Below are positions 24,077-34,768 of a stretch of 64,000 nt of DNA, piece by piece (position 1 is the first letter of the stretch; each line of letters starts with the position of its first letter). The notes beneath the pieces are model-generated. The model ran no database searches. It saw only the letters and a list, made by a program, of their open reading frames with translations, and had not been told where the DNA came from. Source of the stretch: an uncultured delta proteobacterium (GTDB taxonomy: Bacteria; Bdellovibrionota; FAC87; UBA2466). Both the position numbers and the translations under genes were made by a program. Where the stretch lies: positions 2,048,001-2,112,000 of the forward strand of contig CAVZSV010000004.1 in the NCBI GenBank assembly GCA_963778115.1, given 5' to 3'.

Positions 24077-25387
24077 TTACCGGATCAGCCCTTCAATACT
24101 CGTTATCGAGGTAAGGACTTCGGCGTCATGGCGCTGGAGTTCGGCGATTTTAGTGACGGCATGCAAAACCGTGGTGTGGTCTTTGCCTCCCATAAACCGT
24201 CCGATCTCCGGAAAGGACATCAACAGATGCTTGCGAAGGAGGTACATGCAGATTTGGCGCGGGAAAGAGAGCTTTCGGATTCTCTTGTCGGACTTAATAT
24301 CAGTCGTTCTCACGTTGAAGTGCAAAGCGACCAGTTTCAAAATTCCTTCCGGAGTAAGCTCGTGCTTTATCTTCGGAGCGATGTCTTTCAAGATGGTTTG
24401 CGCTAGCTGGAGCGAAATGGGAACGCCAGTTAACGTAGCGTAAGCCTGTAAGCGATGCAGTGACCCCTCGAGCTCGCGAATGTTGGTCGTGATGTTGCTT
24501 GCGATAAACTGCGCGACTTCATCCGGGAGTTCGATCTCTTCCACATCCGCTTTATTCTTTAAAATCGCTATACGCGTCTCCACTTCGGGGGGTTGAACGT
24601 CTGCTACCAATCCCCACTCGAAACGCGTTTGTAGCCGATTCTCGAGCCCCTCAATGTCCTTTGGGTAGCGATCCGAGGTGATAACAATCTGTTTTCTCAG
24701 TTCGTGCAGATAATTAAACGTGTAAAAGAACTCTTCTTGGGTTCTTTCCTTGCCCGCCAAGAACTGAATGTCATCCAGCAAGAGAAGATCGCAGCCGGTG
24801 CGGTATTTTTCCCTAAATTCGCGCATCCGATCCAATCGAATGGCCTGAATCAGCTCGTTCGTGAAACTTTCTGTAGTGAGGTAGATAATCTTGGAGTCCG
24901 GAGTTTCGGTCATGATGCAGTAACCGATGGCTTTGAGCAGGTGGGTCTTTCCTAACCCCGCTCCTCCGAAAATAAACAGAGGGTTGTAACACTGGCCCGG
25001 CTGTTTCGCGACGGCGAGGCAAGCGGCGTGGGCAAACTGGTTCGAACTTCCCACGACGAAAGTCTCGAAAGTGTATTTGGCGTCCAATAATTTTTGATGG
25101 GGAACTCGGGTGTACGCGTAAGTGGGTTCGTTGGATGGTGGTTTGACGTCCGGAACCGCTAAAATAACGTTCACGCGATTAAGACTAAAATCCTTAAGAA
25201 CCTTTTGCAGTACGGGCAGACACTTGCTTTCAAAACTTTCCTTGCTGAAGGAGTCGTTGAAGTCCAGCTTCATCCGCTCGTTGTCCAGCGAGGTGCAGTT
25301 GGCGGGCTCCACGAGCGAGCTGTATAAGTGGGGGGCGAGCCGTTTTTTTAGTTCACCGCGAATTTGTGCCCAGAGGCTGAATTCCAT
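24077..25387 (-). CDS. dnaA: Chromosomal replication initiator DnaA
   Basis: YNPLFIFGGAGLGKTHL, LLLDDIQF, NIRELEG, GKDHTTVLHA. Confidence 0.98.
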   Translation of the reverse strand: MEFSLWAQIRGELKKRLAPHLYSSLVEPANCTSLDNERMKLDFNDSFSKESFESKCLPVLQKVLKDFSLNRVNVILAVPDVKPPSNEPTYAYTRVPHQKLLDAKYTFETFVVGSSNQFAHAACLAVAKQPGQCYNPLFIFGGAGLGKTHLLKAIGYCIMTETPDSKIIYLTTESFTNELIQAIRLDRMREFREKYRTGCDLLLLDDIQFLAGKERTQEEFFYTFNYLHELRKQIVITSDRYPKDIEGLENRLQTRFEWGLVADVQPPEVETRIAILKNKADVEEIELPDEVAQFIASNITTNIRELEGSLHRLQAYATLTGVPISLQLAQTILKDIAPKIKHELTPEGILKLVALHFNVRTTDIKSDKRIRKLSFPRQICMYLLRKHLLMSFPEIGRFMGGKDHTTVLHAVTKIAELQRHDAEVLTSITSIEGLIR

Positions 25388-25560
25388 TGCTGCGCTACCA
25401 ACCCGAAAGAGTAAGAACGATCCGTACCATGACTAAGCCTTCCCTAACTACTTTGCTGCGTAAAGCCGCTACTAAAACAGAGGTTATGGTATGGCGGAAG
25501 TGAAGAGAGGTAACAAAAGGACCGCGGTTTGGCAACCGGAGACGCAGCACAGGTAAGTAT

Positions 25561-25589
25561 TTGACACACAAAGGTGAAAACATTAGGAT
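25561..25589 (+). promoter_or_regulatory. Sigma-70 promoter for the rpmH operon
   Basis: TTGACA-N17-TAGGAT. Confidence 0.65.
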
Positions 25590-25740
25590 GCGGGACTTTA
25601 GCGGAGCGAAGTTTAGCGGATTTTATGATCACTTCGCGGCCTCTTTTTAGTGCGTGGCTCTAAATGGAACTGAAATTTCCGTGAAAGCCTGATAAAAGAG
25701 CCGACAAAAAGAACGGCAAAGATAAAAGAAGGAAGTTGCC

Positions 25741-25899
25741 ATGGCAAAGGCGAAACGAACATATCAGCCCAGCAAAATTAAACGTAAACGGTGTCACGGT
25801 TTTTTGAAAAGAATGAGCAGAAAAGATGGACGCCTTTTACTCTCTCGTCGCCGAAGAAAAGGGCGTAAGCGTTTAGTCGTAGGGATCGGGAAAAAATGA
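25741..25899 (+). CDS. rpmH: 50S ribosomal protein L34 (not in the ORF track)
   Basis: Manual translation [52 protein letters not shown]. Confidence 0.96.
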   Translation: MAKAKRTYQPSKIKRKRCHGFLKRMSRKDGRLLLSRRRRKGRKRLVVGIGKK

Positions 25900-25915
25900 C
25901 CCGAAGTAATTAAAA

Positions 25916-26278
25916 ATGTCGGCTTGTGCCACGTTTCCTAAATCGGCGCGTCTGCTCAAACGGAGCGACTTTAAGTTTACCGACTATCGTCGTACCCAAA
26001 CGGATTGTTTTGGCTTTGTCTATCAGCCCAACGGCCGTGGTCGTCTTGGAATTTCCATATCCAAAAAAGTCCTTCGCAATGCCGCGGCTCGGACTCGAAT
26101 ACGTCGACTCTTGAGAGAAGTTTTTCGTCTTCGCTATCACGATTTTTCCGGACTCGACGTCCACGTGATCGGTCTGAATCGTCTTCACATGTTGTGGCGG
26201 GAAATGAAAAGGGCGGATGTCGAGAATCGTTTCGATCAGTTTCTGATCGCTGCGGGTGCAGAGCGAATAAAAAAATGA
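25916..26278 (+). CDS. rnpA: Ribonuclease P protein component
   Basis: FPKSARLLKRSDF, RLGISISKK, R.RIRRLLRE; conserved position. Confidence 0.9.
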   Translation: MSACATFPKSARLLKRSDFKFTDYRRTQTDCFGFVYQPNGRGRLGISISKKVLRNAAARTRIRRLLREVFRLRYHDFSGLDVHVIGLNRLHMLWREMKRADVENRFDQFLIAAGAERIKK

Positions 26279-26493
26279 AAACACTCCTTTTGTTCTTCAG
26301 AAATTTATTGCATGTTTTTTTCGGCGTGGGCAGCTGCTGCCGTTTTCAACCGTGCTGCTCAAATTACGCAAGTCAGGCGATAGCAGTTCACGGGCTTGTC
26401 CGAGGTGGCTGGTATTCATTTTGCCGCATCTGTCGCTGTCATCGCTTTGGAGGGATGGGATTTGATCCCATTCCAGCAAGAAGGAGCCAATAG
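26275..26493 (+). CDS. yidD: Membrane protein insertion efficiency factor
   Basis: CRFQPCCSNYA..A...HG..RICRCH..GG.GFDPIP; ATGA overlap with rnpA. Confidence 0.9.
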   Translation: MKTLLLFFRNLLHVFFGVGSCCRFQPCCSNYASQAIAVHGLVRGGWYSFCRICRCHRFGGMGFDPIPARRSQ

Positions 26494-28127
26494 TGGGCGC
26501 AGCAAGAACTTGGTTAGCGGTAATACTCGCCTGTGTGGTGTGGTTTGTTTACACCAAGTGGTTCGCACCCCCGATGGTTCCGCCGCCTCCCGCTCAGGAA
26601 TCGGCGCAATCCGCAAGGGGTGGGAAAACGCCTTTATCGTCGCCGCCCGCCTCGACCGTTCCAAGCACTGGAATCTTTGGCCAACCCATCGCGGAAGAGA
26701 CATCGGCCAATCTGAGTACGGGAAAATGGCACGTCGAGTTGTCGGATAATGGGGGAAAGATAAGCGAACTGCGTTTGCTCGATTTTCACGAGACTTACAA
26801 GAAGGATTCGCCGAACATCGCGCAGATTGCACCACAGCTAACCCCCTTTACTTTAGGAACCATTTTCAGTGATTCGGGTTTAGCGCCTTTGGCCCACGAA
26901 AAATACAAGCGTCAGGACAAAGATCGCGCCGTTATCTTTAACGCGGAGTCAGGTGGAGTCCAGTTTCAGAAACAGCTTACCTTTTCCGAAAATAGCTACT
27001 TTATCGATTCGACTTACCAGCTCCACTTTCCCAAAGGGGCCAAAAGAGACTGGGGCTATTTACTGATTCCCGTCGGGGGCCACGACGTTCAGTTCGACGC
27101 TCATAATCCATTGCAAACTTGGGAGGTCGTTTTCTATCAAAATGACTCGGTCACCCGAAAGATCACTACCAAGCTCGAAAACGGAGAGCAGGTACATCAA
27201 GGAAATACCGGTTGGCTGGCCTACGGAAATCGATACTTCACGACGGCTCTCATCAACAACTCCTCTATTAATCCTGACGCGGTGCTTTATCACGGGTCCG
27301 AATTTACGGGAGGTTATTTACGCTATCCCCTGCTCTTAAAAGAGGGGCAGCAAGAATTGGCGCTCTCCGTCAGAATTTATTCGGGTCCCAAAGATCCGGG
27401 GCTTCTCTCTCAGGTGCCAGGACTTAGACAGCTCATCGAATATGGAATGTTCTCGTTCTTCGCTTACCCAATGCTAGAGATTCTACGATTTTTCTATCGC
27501 CTCATTCATAACTATGGAATTGCGATCATTCTTCTGACGCTAGTCGTCAGATTGGCCTTTTATCCGCTTTCGATGAAGAGTTACCGTTCGATGAAGTCGA
27601 TGCAGAAGTTACAACCCCAACTCACTGCTCTTAAAGAAAAGTATAGCGATGATAAAGAGCGATTCAGTCGGGAGCAGTTGGCCCTATTTAAGGCGCATAA
27701 AGTCAATCCCGCGGGCGGTTGCCTTCCCATGTTTGTTCAGTTGCCTGTCTTTTTGGCTCTCTATGCCGTCTTGGGAAATTCGATCGAATTATTTCATTCG
27801 CCCTTTTTTGGTTGGATCCATGATCTGACCGCCAAGGACCCTTTTTATATTTTTCCAGCTCTGATGGGGCTTTCGATGTTCGTGCAACAGAAAATGACGC
27901 CATCCGTCGGGATGGATCCCATGCAGCAGAAGATGATGCTGTTCATGCCTATCATGTTCACCTTTTTTATGATCAACTTGCCTTCGGGGCTGACAGTGTA
28001 CATGTTCGTCAGCACTCTCGTCGGAATTGCGCAGCAGTATCTCTTGTCTAGGGACAAGCAGATGAGTAGCACTCCTCACCTCGTTCCGGCACCTTCGGGC
28101 CCCTCGGGTGCACCAGAAAAAACGTAG
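26493..28127 (+). CDS. yidC: Membrane protein insertase YidC
   Basis: NYGIAIILLT, SMQKLQP, NPAGGCLP, WIHDL..DP. Confidence 0.96.
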   Translation: MGAARTWLAVILACVVWFVYTKWFAPPMVPPPPAQESAQSARGGKTPLSSPPASTVPSTGIFGQPIAEETSANLSTGKWHVELSDNGGKISELRLLDFHETYKKDSPNIAQIAPQLTPFTLGTIFSDSGLAPLAHEKYKRQDKDRAVIFNAESGGVQFQKQLTFSENSYFIDSTYQLHFPKGAKRDWGYLLIPVGGHDVQFDAHNPLQTWEVVFYQNDSVTRKITTKLENGEQVHQGNTGWLAYGNRYFTTALINNSSINPDAVLYHGSEFTGGYLRYPLLLKEGQQELALSVRIYSGPKDPGLLSQVPGLRQLIEYGMFSFFAYPMLEILRFFYRLIHNYGIAIILLTLVVRLAFYPLSMKSYRSMKSMQKLQPQLTALKEKYSDDKERFSREQLALFKAHKVNPAGGCLPMFVQLPVFLALYAVLGNSIELFHSPFFGWIHDLTAKDPFYIFPALMGLSMFVQQKMTPSVGMDPMQQKMMLFMPIMFTFFMINLPSGLTVYMFVSTLVGIAQQYLLSRDKQMSSTPHLVPAPSGPSGAPEKT

Positions 28128-28163
28128 TCCTTTAGACGTAGCGTTAGCTCTCAGAGTGTTTCT

Positions 28164-29546
28164 ATGGAGAAGAAAAACCTAGATACGAGCCAGACGATTT
28201 TTGCTTTGGTGACGGGTCAATTACCGTCGGCGGTAGCGATCGTTCGCCTTTCGGGAGAGCAGGCATTTCCCATAACTAAGACGTTGTTCTTAAGTCAGGG
28301 AGAAATTTTCGAGCGTCGAAGGGGGTTATGGAAGGGGCAGCTCAAGGACGCTCAGGGAAAGATCCTTGATGACATTTTGGCATTGGGTTTCGTAGGTCCT
28401 TCGTCATTCACCGGCGAGGATGTCATTGAATTGCAGTGTCACGGATCACCTGGAGTCATTCGGCAGCTCGAGCAGTCGTTGGTCGAATTAGGCGCTCGTC
28501 CCGCCGAACGGGGAGAATTTTCTTACCGTGCTCTTCTCAATGGAAAGTTGTCGCCAAGTGAAATCGAGAATCTAGGTGATGTTTTTCAAACGCGCGATCC
28601 TCAAGAGCTCGATCGTATTTATCAGCGAAAAGACTCTGCTCTGGCGGAACAGATCTCCGACTTGAAAAATCGCCTTATCCACCTCCAAGCGATTTTCGAT
28701 ACTGCCGTCGATTTTTCCGAAGAGTATTCGTCGGTAATCAGAGCTGCGATCCCGGCTTGTGATTTGGTTATTCAAAGATCCAAAGAGATTACTCATAGGT
28801 ATTCAAGCTTCCTTATGGGCTCTCGAAGTCCTAGATTGGTTCTTGCCGGACGGCCGAACGCGGGCAAGAGTTCGCTCTTTAATGCTCTTCTCTGTCGGTA
28901 TCGAGCGATTGTTCATGAAAACCCCGGAACCACCCGGGATGTGATCGAAGAGGATGTTTGGATCGGACGTCGGGTTTGGAAATTGGTAGATACGGCGGGA
29001 TTTCGAAAGGCAGACGGCGCGGCGGAGTTAGAGGGTATCTCGCTGGGAGAAGACTTTTTGGCGGCGAGTTCGTTATGGCTTCTGGTCGTGGATGGTGCCG
29101 AAGGGATGTCGGGTGAAGAGTGGAGGCTGTGGGATCGATTCCATAACATTCCTCATCTCGTGATATGGAACAAGTCGGATCTAGCCGAGTGGAAGCCCTA
29201 TTCTGATAGCCGCCAACGATCGGAGTTTGGTCTGGCTAGAGATCTGATTCGGGTGTCGGCGAGAACGGGAGAGGGTTTGGGCGAACTGTGGAACAGAATC
29301 CGCGATCTGTCGGAAAAGGTTCCCCAAGGGGAAGGGCCGCTTCCGACGGCCACTCAAAGTGCGCGGCTTTCTGAGGTGGTCTATGATTTGGAAGCGTTGA
29401 GGGGTGAGATTGGCGATGGGGTTCCCCCTGAGTTTCTTTCGGAGCGGAATCGACGGATTATTGACCGAATGTCAGCGGTGATGGGGGAAGTTTCCGTGGA
29501 TGAGGTCATGGGACGGATTTTCACCGAATTTTGCATTGGAAAGTGA
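28164..29546 (+). CDS. mnmE: tRNA modification GTPase MnmE
   Basis: SFTGEDVIE..HG, GRPNAGKSS, GTTRD, DTAG, C-terminal FCIGK. Confidence 0.95.
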   Translation: MEKKNLDTSQTIFALVTGQLPSAVAIVRLSGEQAFPITKTLFLSQGEIFERRRGLWKGQLKDAQGKILDDILALGFVGPSSFTGEDVIELQCHGSPGVIRQLEQSLVELGARPAERGEFSYRALLNGKLSPSEIENLGDVFQTRDPQELDRIYQRKDSALAEQISDLKNRLIHLQAIFDTAVDFSEEYSSVIRAAIPACDLVIQRSKEITHRYSSFLMGSRSPRLVLAGRPNAGKSSLFNALLCRYRAIVHENPGTTRDVIEEDVWIGRRVWKLVDTAGFRKADGAAELEGISLGEDFLAASSLWLLVVDGAEGMSGEEWRLWDRFHNIPHLVIWNKSDLAEWKPYSDSRQRSEFGLARDLIRVSARTGEGLGELWNRIRDLSEKVPQGEGPLPTATQSARLSEVVYDLEALRGEIGDGVPPEFLSERNRRIIDRMSAVMGEVSVDEVMGRIFTEFCIGK

Positions 29547-29550
29547 TGAA

Positions 29551-31464
29551 ATGTTCCACGTGAAACAATTCGATGTCGTGGTGGTGGGAAGTGGACATGC
29601 CGGCTGCGAGGCTGCTTTAGCATCGGCTCGAATGGGGCTTTCGACCGCCATGGTGACCTTGGACCCGTCAAAAACCGGAGAGATGTCCTGTAACCCCTCT
29701 ATCGGGGGCGTAGGTAAGGGACAACTAGCCAAAGAGATAGACGCATTGGGCGGCGAGATGGGTAAGAACGCCGACTTTACCGGGATCCAATTCAAACGGC
29801 TCAATACCCGTAAAGGGAGCGCGGTCCAATCCTCGCGCTGCCAATCTGACAAACGCCAATATGCCTTGCGAATGCAACGAGTAGTGGGCGAACAGGCGGG
29901 CCTGTCGTGCGTTCAGGGAGAAGTAAAACAACTTCTCGTCGAAGGAACAGTCATACGCGGGGTTGCCCTAAGGACACCGTCGGGTGAGTCAGTGGAGTTA
30001 GCATCGAAAACCGTGATCATCACCTCCGGAACCTTTATGAGGGGGCTCATGCATTGTGGATCGGACACCTCTCGCGGGGGGAGGCATGGAGAGGCCCCCT
30101 CTGAAGGCCTCTCCGACCAACTGAGAGAATTGAAGCTTCCCCTTCTCCGCCTGAAAACCGGGACCCCGCCCAGGCTACTGCGTGGAAGTATCGATTTCAG
30201 CCAAATGCAGGAACAAGGGGGTGACAATCCACCCCGACGATTTAGCTTTTCGGATACTCGCATTGAGCTCCCCCAAGTCTCCTGCTTCCTAACCTATACC
30301 AATCCCGAGACCCACAACGCGATTCGGGGAAGTCTAGATAGAAGTCCCCTTTACAGTGGTAAGATACTTGGGGTCGGCCCCCGTTATTGCCCCTCTATCG
30401 AGGACAAAGTCGTAAAATTTCCAGACAAGGGGAGGCACCAGCTCTTTTTCGAGCCGGAAGCACTTGATTCCGATTGGATTTATCCCAACGGCATCTCTAC
30501 CAGTCTTCCGTCGGACGTTCAGGAGGTCTTCGTAAAGACCCTTCCGGGGTGCGAAAACGTAAAATTTGCTCGTTACGGCTACGCTGTGGAATACGATTGC
30601 TGTGATCCTATTCAGCTCAAACACTCTCTCGAGTCTAAGATTATAGAGGGGCTATTCTTGGCAGGCCAGGTGAACGGGACCTCCGGCTATGAGGAGGCCG
30701 GTGCCCAGGGCCTGATGGCTGGTATCAATGCTGGGTTGAAAGTTCAAGGTAGAAAACCACTCATACTTTCTCGATCTGAAGCCTATATCGGTGTGATGAT
30801 CGATGATTTGGTCACGCAAGGAGTCTCTGAACCCTACCGGATGTTCACCTCCCGTGCGGAGTTTCGCCTTTCTTTGCGCGAGGATAATGCGGATTTGAGG
30901 CTTCGGCCGCACGGACGAGAAGTCGGCCTCGTGACGGATGCGGACTATGAACGATTTCTAGAGAGAAAAGGGCGCTTGGACAGGGCCAAGAACTACCTGG
31001 CAAAGACCTGGCTCAAACCGGGGGCTGAAGTTCAGCAAAAGCTGGCAGAATGGAGCAGTCCTCCCCTTGCCTCCGCTCAAACACTCGCCCAATTACTTCG
31101 TCGACCGGAACTGGACGTAAACCATATCTTTCAATTGAGCGCCCACGACTCCCTAGCCTCGCTCGATGAAGAAGCCAAAGAGACTCTCGAAGTGGAACTT
31201 AAGTACGAAGGCTATATCAATCTTCAGAGAGAGGAGATCGAACGACTTAATCGAATGGGCGACGTCAGTTTTCCTGAAGAATTTAATTTTGGCACGGTGA
31301 GGGGGCTTTCTTTTGAGATACGCGAAAAGTTAATGCGCTTCAAACCTCGGACCCTAGCCGATGCCTCCCGAATGTCGGGAATGACCCCGGCTGCCATTAG
31401 TACCCTGCTCTTTCATCTGCGGCAGAAAGGAAAATCGTCTGCTAACCTTACGCCCGCAATTTGA
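29551..31464 (+). CDS. mnmG: tRNA uridine 5-carboxymethylaminomethyl modification enzyme
   Basis: VVGSGHAGCEAA, MSCNPSIGG, GPRYCPSIEDK, GQVNGTSGYEEA. Confidence 0.97.
   Translation: MFHVKQFDVVVVGSGHAGCEAALASARMGLSTAMVTLDPSKTGEMSCNPSIGGVGKGQLAKEIDALGGEMGKNADFTGIQFKRLNTRKGSAVQSSRCQSDKRQYALRMQRVVGEQAGLSCVQGEVKQLLVEGTVIRGVALRTPSGESVELASKTVIITSGTFMRGLMHCGSDTSRGGRHGEAPSEGLSDQLRELKLPLLRLKTGTPPRLLRGSIDFSQMQEQGGDNPPRRFSFSDTRIELPQVSCFLTYTNPETHNAIRGSLDRSPLYSGKILGVGPRYCPSIEDKVVKFPDKGRHQLFFEPEALDSDWIYPNGISTSLPSDVQEVFVKTLPGCENVKFARYGYAVEYDCCDPIQLKHSLESKIIEGLFLAGQVNGTSGYEEAGAQGLMAGINAGLKVQGRKPLILSRSEAYIGVMIDDLVTQGVSEPYRMFTSRAEFRLSLREDNADLRLRPHGREVGLVTDADYERFLERKGRLDRAKNYLAKTWLKPGAEVQQKLAEWSSPPLASAQTLAQLLRRPELDVNHIFQLSAHDSLASLDEEAKETLEVELKYEGYINLQREEIERLNRMGDVSFPEEFNFGTVRGLSFEIREKLMRFKPRTLADASRMSGMTPAAISTLLFHLRQKGKSSANLTPAI
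29552..29567. promoter_or_regulatory. parS: parS centromere site overlapping the mnmG start
   Basis: TGTTCCACGTGAAACA matches the parS consensus. Confidence 0.9.
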
Positions 31465-31489
31465 AGAGTTTCATGCGGGACTTCCACCC

Positions 31490-32065
31490 GTGCAAGAACG
31501 TGAGTTGTCCCTCTATGAACGCCACTTCACCTTGCTCCAGCAATGGAACCAGCACATTGGCCTTGTCTCTCGCAAAAGCATTGATAGAGCGTTCGCGATT
31601 CACTATGCGGACAGCCTTTTCATCTCCGATTTGGCGTCGCCCTATGCATCGGGGCTGGTCCACGACTTGGGCACGGGGGCCGGCTTTCCCGGCATTGTGT
31701 TTTCTATCCGTTATCCAGACCGAGAGGTTAGGCTATACGAAAAACTTCTAAAGAAGCAGACGTTCCTCACGGCGGTGTTGGCAGACTTAAGACTTTCGAA
31801 AACGACTTTGAATGGAGCCTTTCCGGACGCGCCACAGTCTGGATTGTTTCTAGCTCGTGCCGTCTTTCCGCGAGCTGAACTTTTTAAGTTCCTTTCCGCT
31901 CGAATGAAGAACGATTCTATCCTAATCACAAATCTCGGTGGCAGCCCAGCCGATTTAGAGATCCCAAACGGGTTTTTCAAGTTGGACGAGAAGAGTTATA
32001 AGCTTCCTCTGGATCAAGGAAGTAGAAGAATTGAAGTGATCAAGAAGGTTCCACGTGGAACATAA
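31490..32065 (+). CDS. rsmG: 16S rRNA m7G527 methyltransferase (true start may be slightly upstream)
   Basis: WN..IGLVS, HYADSL, DLGTGAGFPG, LARA; lies between mnmG and parA. Confidence 0.9.
   Translation: MQERELSLYERHFTLLQQWNQHIGLVSRKSIDRAFAIHYADSLFISDLASPYASGLVHDLGTGAGFPGIVFSIRYPDREVRLYEKLLKKQTFLTAVLADLRLSKTTLNGAFPDAPQSGLFLARAVFPRAELFKFLSARMKNDSILITNLGGSPADLEIPNGFFKLDEKSYKLPLDQGSRRIEVIKKVPRGT
32047..32062. promoter_or_regulatory. parS: parS site within the rsmG 3' end
   Basis: GGTTCCACGTGGAACA. Confidence 0.88.
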
Positions 32066-32077
32066 TGACGCCGATAT

Positions 32078-32093
32078 TGTTCCACGTGGAACG
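32078..32093. promoter_or_regulatory. parS: parS site upstream of parA
   Basis: TGTTCCACGTGGAACG. Confidence 0.88.
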
Positions 32094-32246
32094 TAAAACA
32101 AAACACGATTTAGTAGTTCTCACTTCTTAAAGTCGGAAAAGAATCGACGACAAAAAGACCCGATAAAGCTTTCTTAAAAGGCTTTGAGTGTTGAAAAAAA
32201 GTATGATAAAAATTGGCAACAGCATTCTAAACTCCCTCTACTCGCT

Positions 32247-33152
32247 ATGACAAACATCATCGCTATTGCGAACCAAAAAGGTGGCGTGGGCAAGACAACG
32301 ACAGCCGTAAATTTGGCTGCCTGCCTTGCGGCCGCGGAACGTAGGGTTTTGTTGGTAGATCTCGATCCTCAGGGAAACGCGTCGAGCGGCCTTGGTGTCG
32401 ATCGAGGGTTGTTCACAGATAAGAACATCTACCACGTTCTTATCGACGATTTACCGATGCGTGAAGCGCTCTACCCCACGGATCTCGAATTTCTCAAGGT
32501 TTGTCCTTCTGATAATAATTTGAGCGGCGCTGAGGTAGAGTTGGTTCAGGCGATAGCACGCGAGCTTCGCATGAAAAATGCTTTCGAGGATCTCAATAAG
32601 CTGGGCATCGGAAGTTTTGATTACGTCATCATCGATTGTCCACCCTCTTTGGGGTTGCTCACTCTCAATGCTCTAACGGCCTCCACCCATTACTTGATTC
32701 CTTTACAGTGCGAATATTATGCGATGGAAGGGCTGGGCCAATTCCTCCACACCGTGGAACTCATTAAAAAAGGGCTTAACAAGAATTTGACTCAGCTCGG
32801 CATCGTTCTCACGATGTTTGACTCCAGGAACAATTTGTCCCGGCAAGTGAGCGTTGAAGTCAGAAAGCATTTTCAAAAGCAAGTCTTTGAATCAGTCATT
32901 CCGCGCAATGTGAAACTTAGCGAGAGTCCGAGCCACGGAAAGCCGGTCATTCTTTACGATATCAGTTCGACAGGTTCCCAGAGCTACCTGGCTTTGGCGC
33001 AAGAGGTTATCGCACGCTTAGAAGGCGGCAAACTCGAGACGGCCGAATCCGATCAATCGGAGCAACAGGCCCCTGTCGAAAATATCATTTCCGAATCTTT
33101 GAATGAGTCTGAGCATGACACACAAGGGGGCCTAGACCATGGCAGTCATTGA
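32247..33152 (+). CDS. parA: Chromosome partitioning ATPase ParA/Soj
   Basis: [33 protein letters not shown]; acidic C-terminal extension. Confidence 0.96.
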   Translation: MTNIIAIANQKGGVGKTTTAVNLAACLAAAERRVLLVDLDPQGNASSGLGVDRGLFTDKNIYHVLIDDLPMREALYPTDLEFLKVCPSDNNLSGAEVELVQAIARELRMKNAFEDLNKLGIGSFDYVIIDCPPSLGLLTLNALTASTHYLIPLQCEYYAMEGLGQFLHTVELIKKGLNKNLTQLGIVLTMFDSRNNLSRQVSVEVRKHFQKQVFESVIPRNVKLSESPSHGKPVILYDISSTGSQSYLALAQEVIARLEGGKLETAESDQSEQQAPVENIISESLNESEHDTQGGLDHGSH

Positions 33153-34209
33153 CGATAAGAAAAAAGCACTCGGCCGAGGGCTAGCGTCTTTAATTCCAGA
33201 TGCCAAGGTTGCCGAAGGTTCGACCACCATCAATCTCAATAAGAAAGAGTTCTTTCTTTGCGATATCGAAAAGATTGTGGCGAACACCTACCAACCCAGG
33301 AAGATCTTCCAAAAGGAAGCTCTCGACGAATTAACGGAATCGGTAAAGGTCCACGGGATCATCCAACCGCTAGTGGTGCGCCAGAGAGACGGACACTTTG
33401 AATTAATCGCCGGTGAGCGTCGATGGCGCGCCGCGCAAAAGGCGGGACTCAAACAGGTCCCGGTGGTCGTTAAAGACGTTACAGGTGACGCGCCCTCGCT
33501 TGAGATGGCCATTATCGAAAACGTCCAGCGGGAGAATCTAAACTGCATCGAAGAGGCGATTGCCTACCAGCAATTGGTGGACGAGTTTCAACTGTCGCAG
33601 GAAGAGATCGCCGCCCGAGTCGGTAAGAACCGGGTAACGATTGCTAATACACTGCGTCTTTTGAAACTACCGGCGGTCATTCGAGAAGACATCACTTCGG
33701 GCAAAATGTCCATGGGGCATGCCAGGGCGTTATTGGCTTTGGAGTCCGCGGAAGACCAACTCATGGTCCGGGAGCAGATCATAAAGAAGAAGCTCTCCGT
33801 TCGTGACACTGAGCGTAAGGTGAATGAGGTATTGCGCGCCAAGAACGCCACTCCCTCCGAAAAGCAAAGCGACGCCAATATGAAGGCTTTCGAAGACGAT
33901 CTGCGCCGCCATTATGGGACGCCGGTCCGAATCGTTGGCAATGATGAGCACGGCTTTATTCAGTTTACTTACGGTTCTCACGCCGATTTAATGCGCCTCG
34001 GTGATCTGCTGAAGGCGCAGCCAAAAGAATTTGCGGTCTCAACTTCACCAGAACCGATCTATTCGGCAGAAGGCATAACGGACGGCTTAGGTAGCCCTAT
34101 CGAGCCGGTTAATCCGATCGAGACGGACAAAAAGTCCGAATATGCGGGACCTCTTCCGCCGCCATTGCCCCCTGCGTCGGTAGATAACGCGGCCCCTATA
34201 GAAGGATAG
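33139..34209 (+). CDS. parB: Chromosome partitioning protein ParB
   Basis: [28 protein letters not shown]; Pro-rich tail. Confidence 0.96.
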   Translation: MAVIDDKKKALGRGLASLIPDAKVAEGSTTINLNKKEFFLCDIEKIVANTYQPRKIFQKEALDELTESVKVHGIIQPLVVRQRDGHFELIAGERRWRAAQKAGLKQVPVVVKDVTGDAPSLEMAIIENVQRENLNCIEEAIAYQQLVDEFQLSQEEIAARVGKNRVTIANTLRLLKLPAVIREDITSGKMSMGHARALLALESAEDQLMVREQIIKKKLSVRDTERKVNEVLRAKNATPSEKQSDANMKAFEDDLRRHYGTPVRIVGNDEHGFIQFTYGSHADLMRLGDLLKAQPKEFAVSTSPEPIYSAEGITDGLGSPIEPVNPIETDKKSEYAGPLPPPLPPASVDNAAPIEG

Positions 34210-34210
34210 T

Positions 34211-34609
34211 ATGTTTTTGCGAAAAACCGACCCTTTCGATCTCCCCTCTGTTAGCCACGAAATCACCGTGGTTCTACAGAAAGGTTGTAGTCTGGAAGGA
34301 AGATTGCAATTCGAAGGAACCGCTAGAATCGACGGTCAATTCAAAGGAGAGATTTTTACTCCGGACATCCTAGTCATTGGCGATGAAGCACAGGTTTCGG
34401 GCCAAATTGAAGCGGATATTGTAGTCATTTCCGGTCAATTTACTGGCGACATTTTCGCCACCCAACGGGTCGAAATTCAAGCTCCTGCCGTAGTGCGGGG
34501 CACTATCCAAGCCGCCATTCTCCAGGTGGAAGAAGGGGCTGTCTTCGATGGCAAAACAAAAATGCTGGGACCACTACCTACCACCCGGCTACCGCGCGAA
34601 AACGCCTAA
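34211..34609 (+). CDS. Bactofilin (polymer-forming cytoskeletal protein)
   Basis: Repeated G..G.I beta-helix pattern, RIDG.F.G.I, VEEGAVFDG. Confidence 0.88.
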   Translation: MFLRKTDPFDLPSVSHEITVVLQKGCSLEGRLQFEGTARIDGQFKGEIFTPDILVIGDEAQVSGQIEADIVVISGQFTGDIFATQRVEIQAPAVVRGTIQAAILQVEEGAVFDGKTKMLGPLPTTRLPRENA

Positions 34610-34648
34610 TTTCACCCGCCCTTACGCATGGACCACGCATGCGTTGCC

Positions 34649-34677
34649 TTGACACGCTTTCTCCACGCATGTTAACC
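34649..34677 (+). promoter_or_regulatory. Putative sigma-70 promoter of the atpF'-atpC operon
   Basis: Perfect TTGACA; weak -10 (TG-T-TAACCC). Confidence 0.45.
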
Positions 34678-34768
34678 CTGCGTAATTATATTTTGTCCCC
34701 TCAATAGAGCCAATGTAATGTCGAAACTCTAACGGCTCGCAAGGGTGTCACGGAAAGGTTAAGAGGAA

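Noticed and set aside
31461..31751. Alternative-frame ORF suggesting an rsmG frameshift
   Set aside because: The rsmG frame is intact and open upstream of 31490
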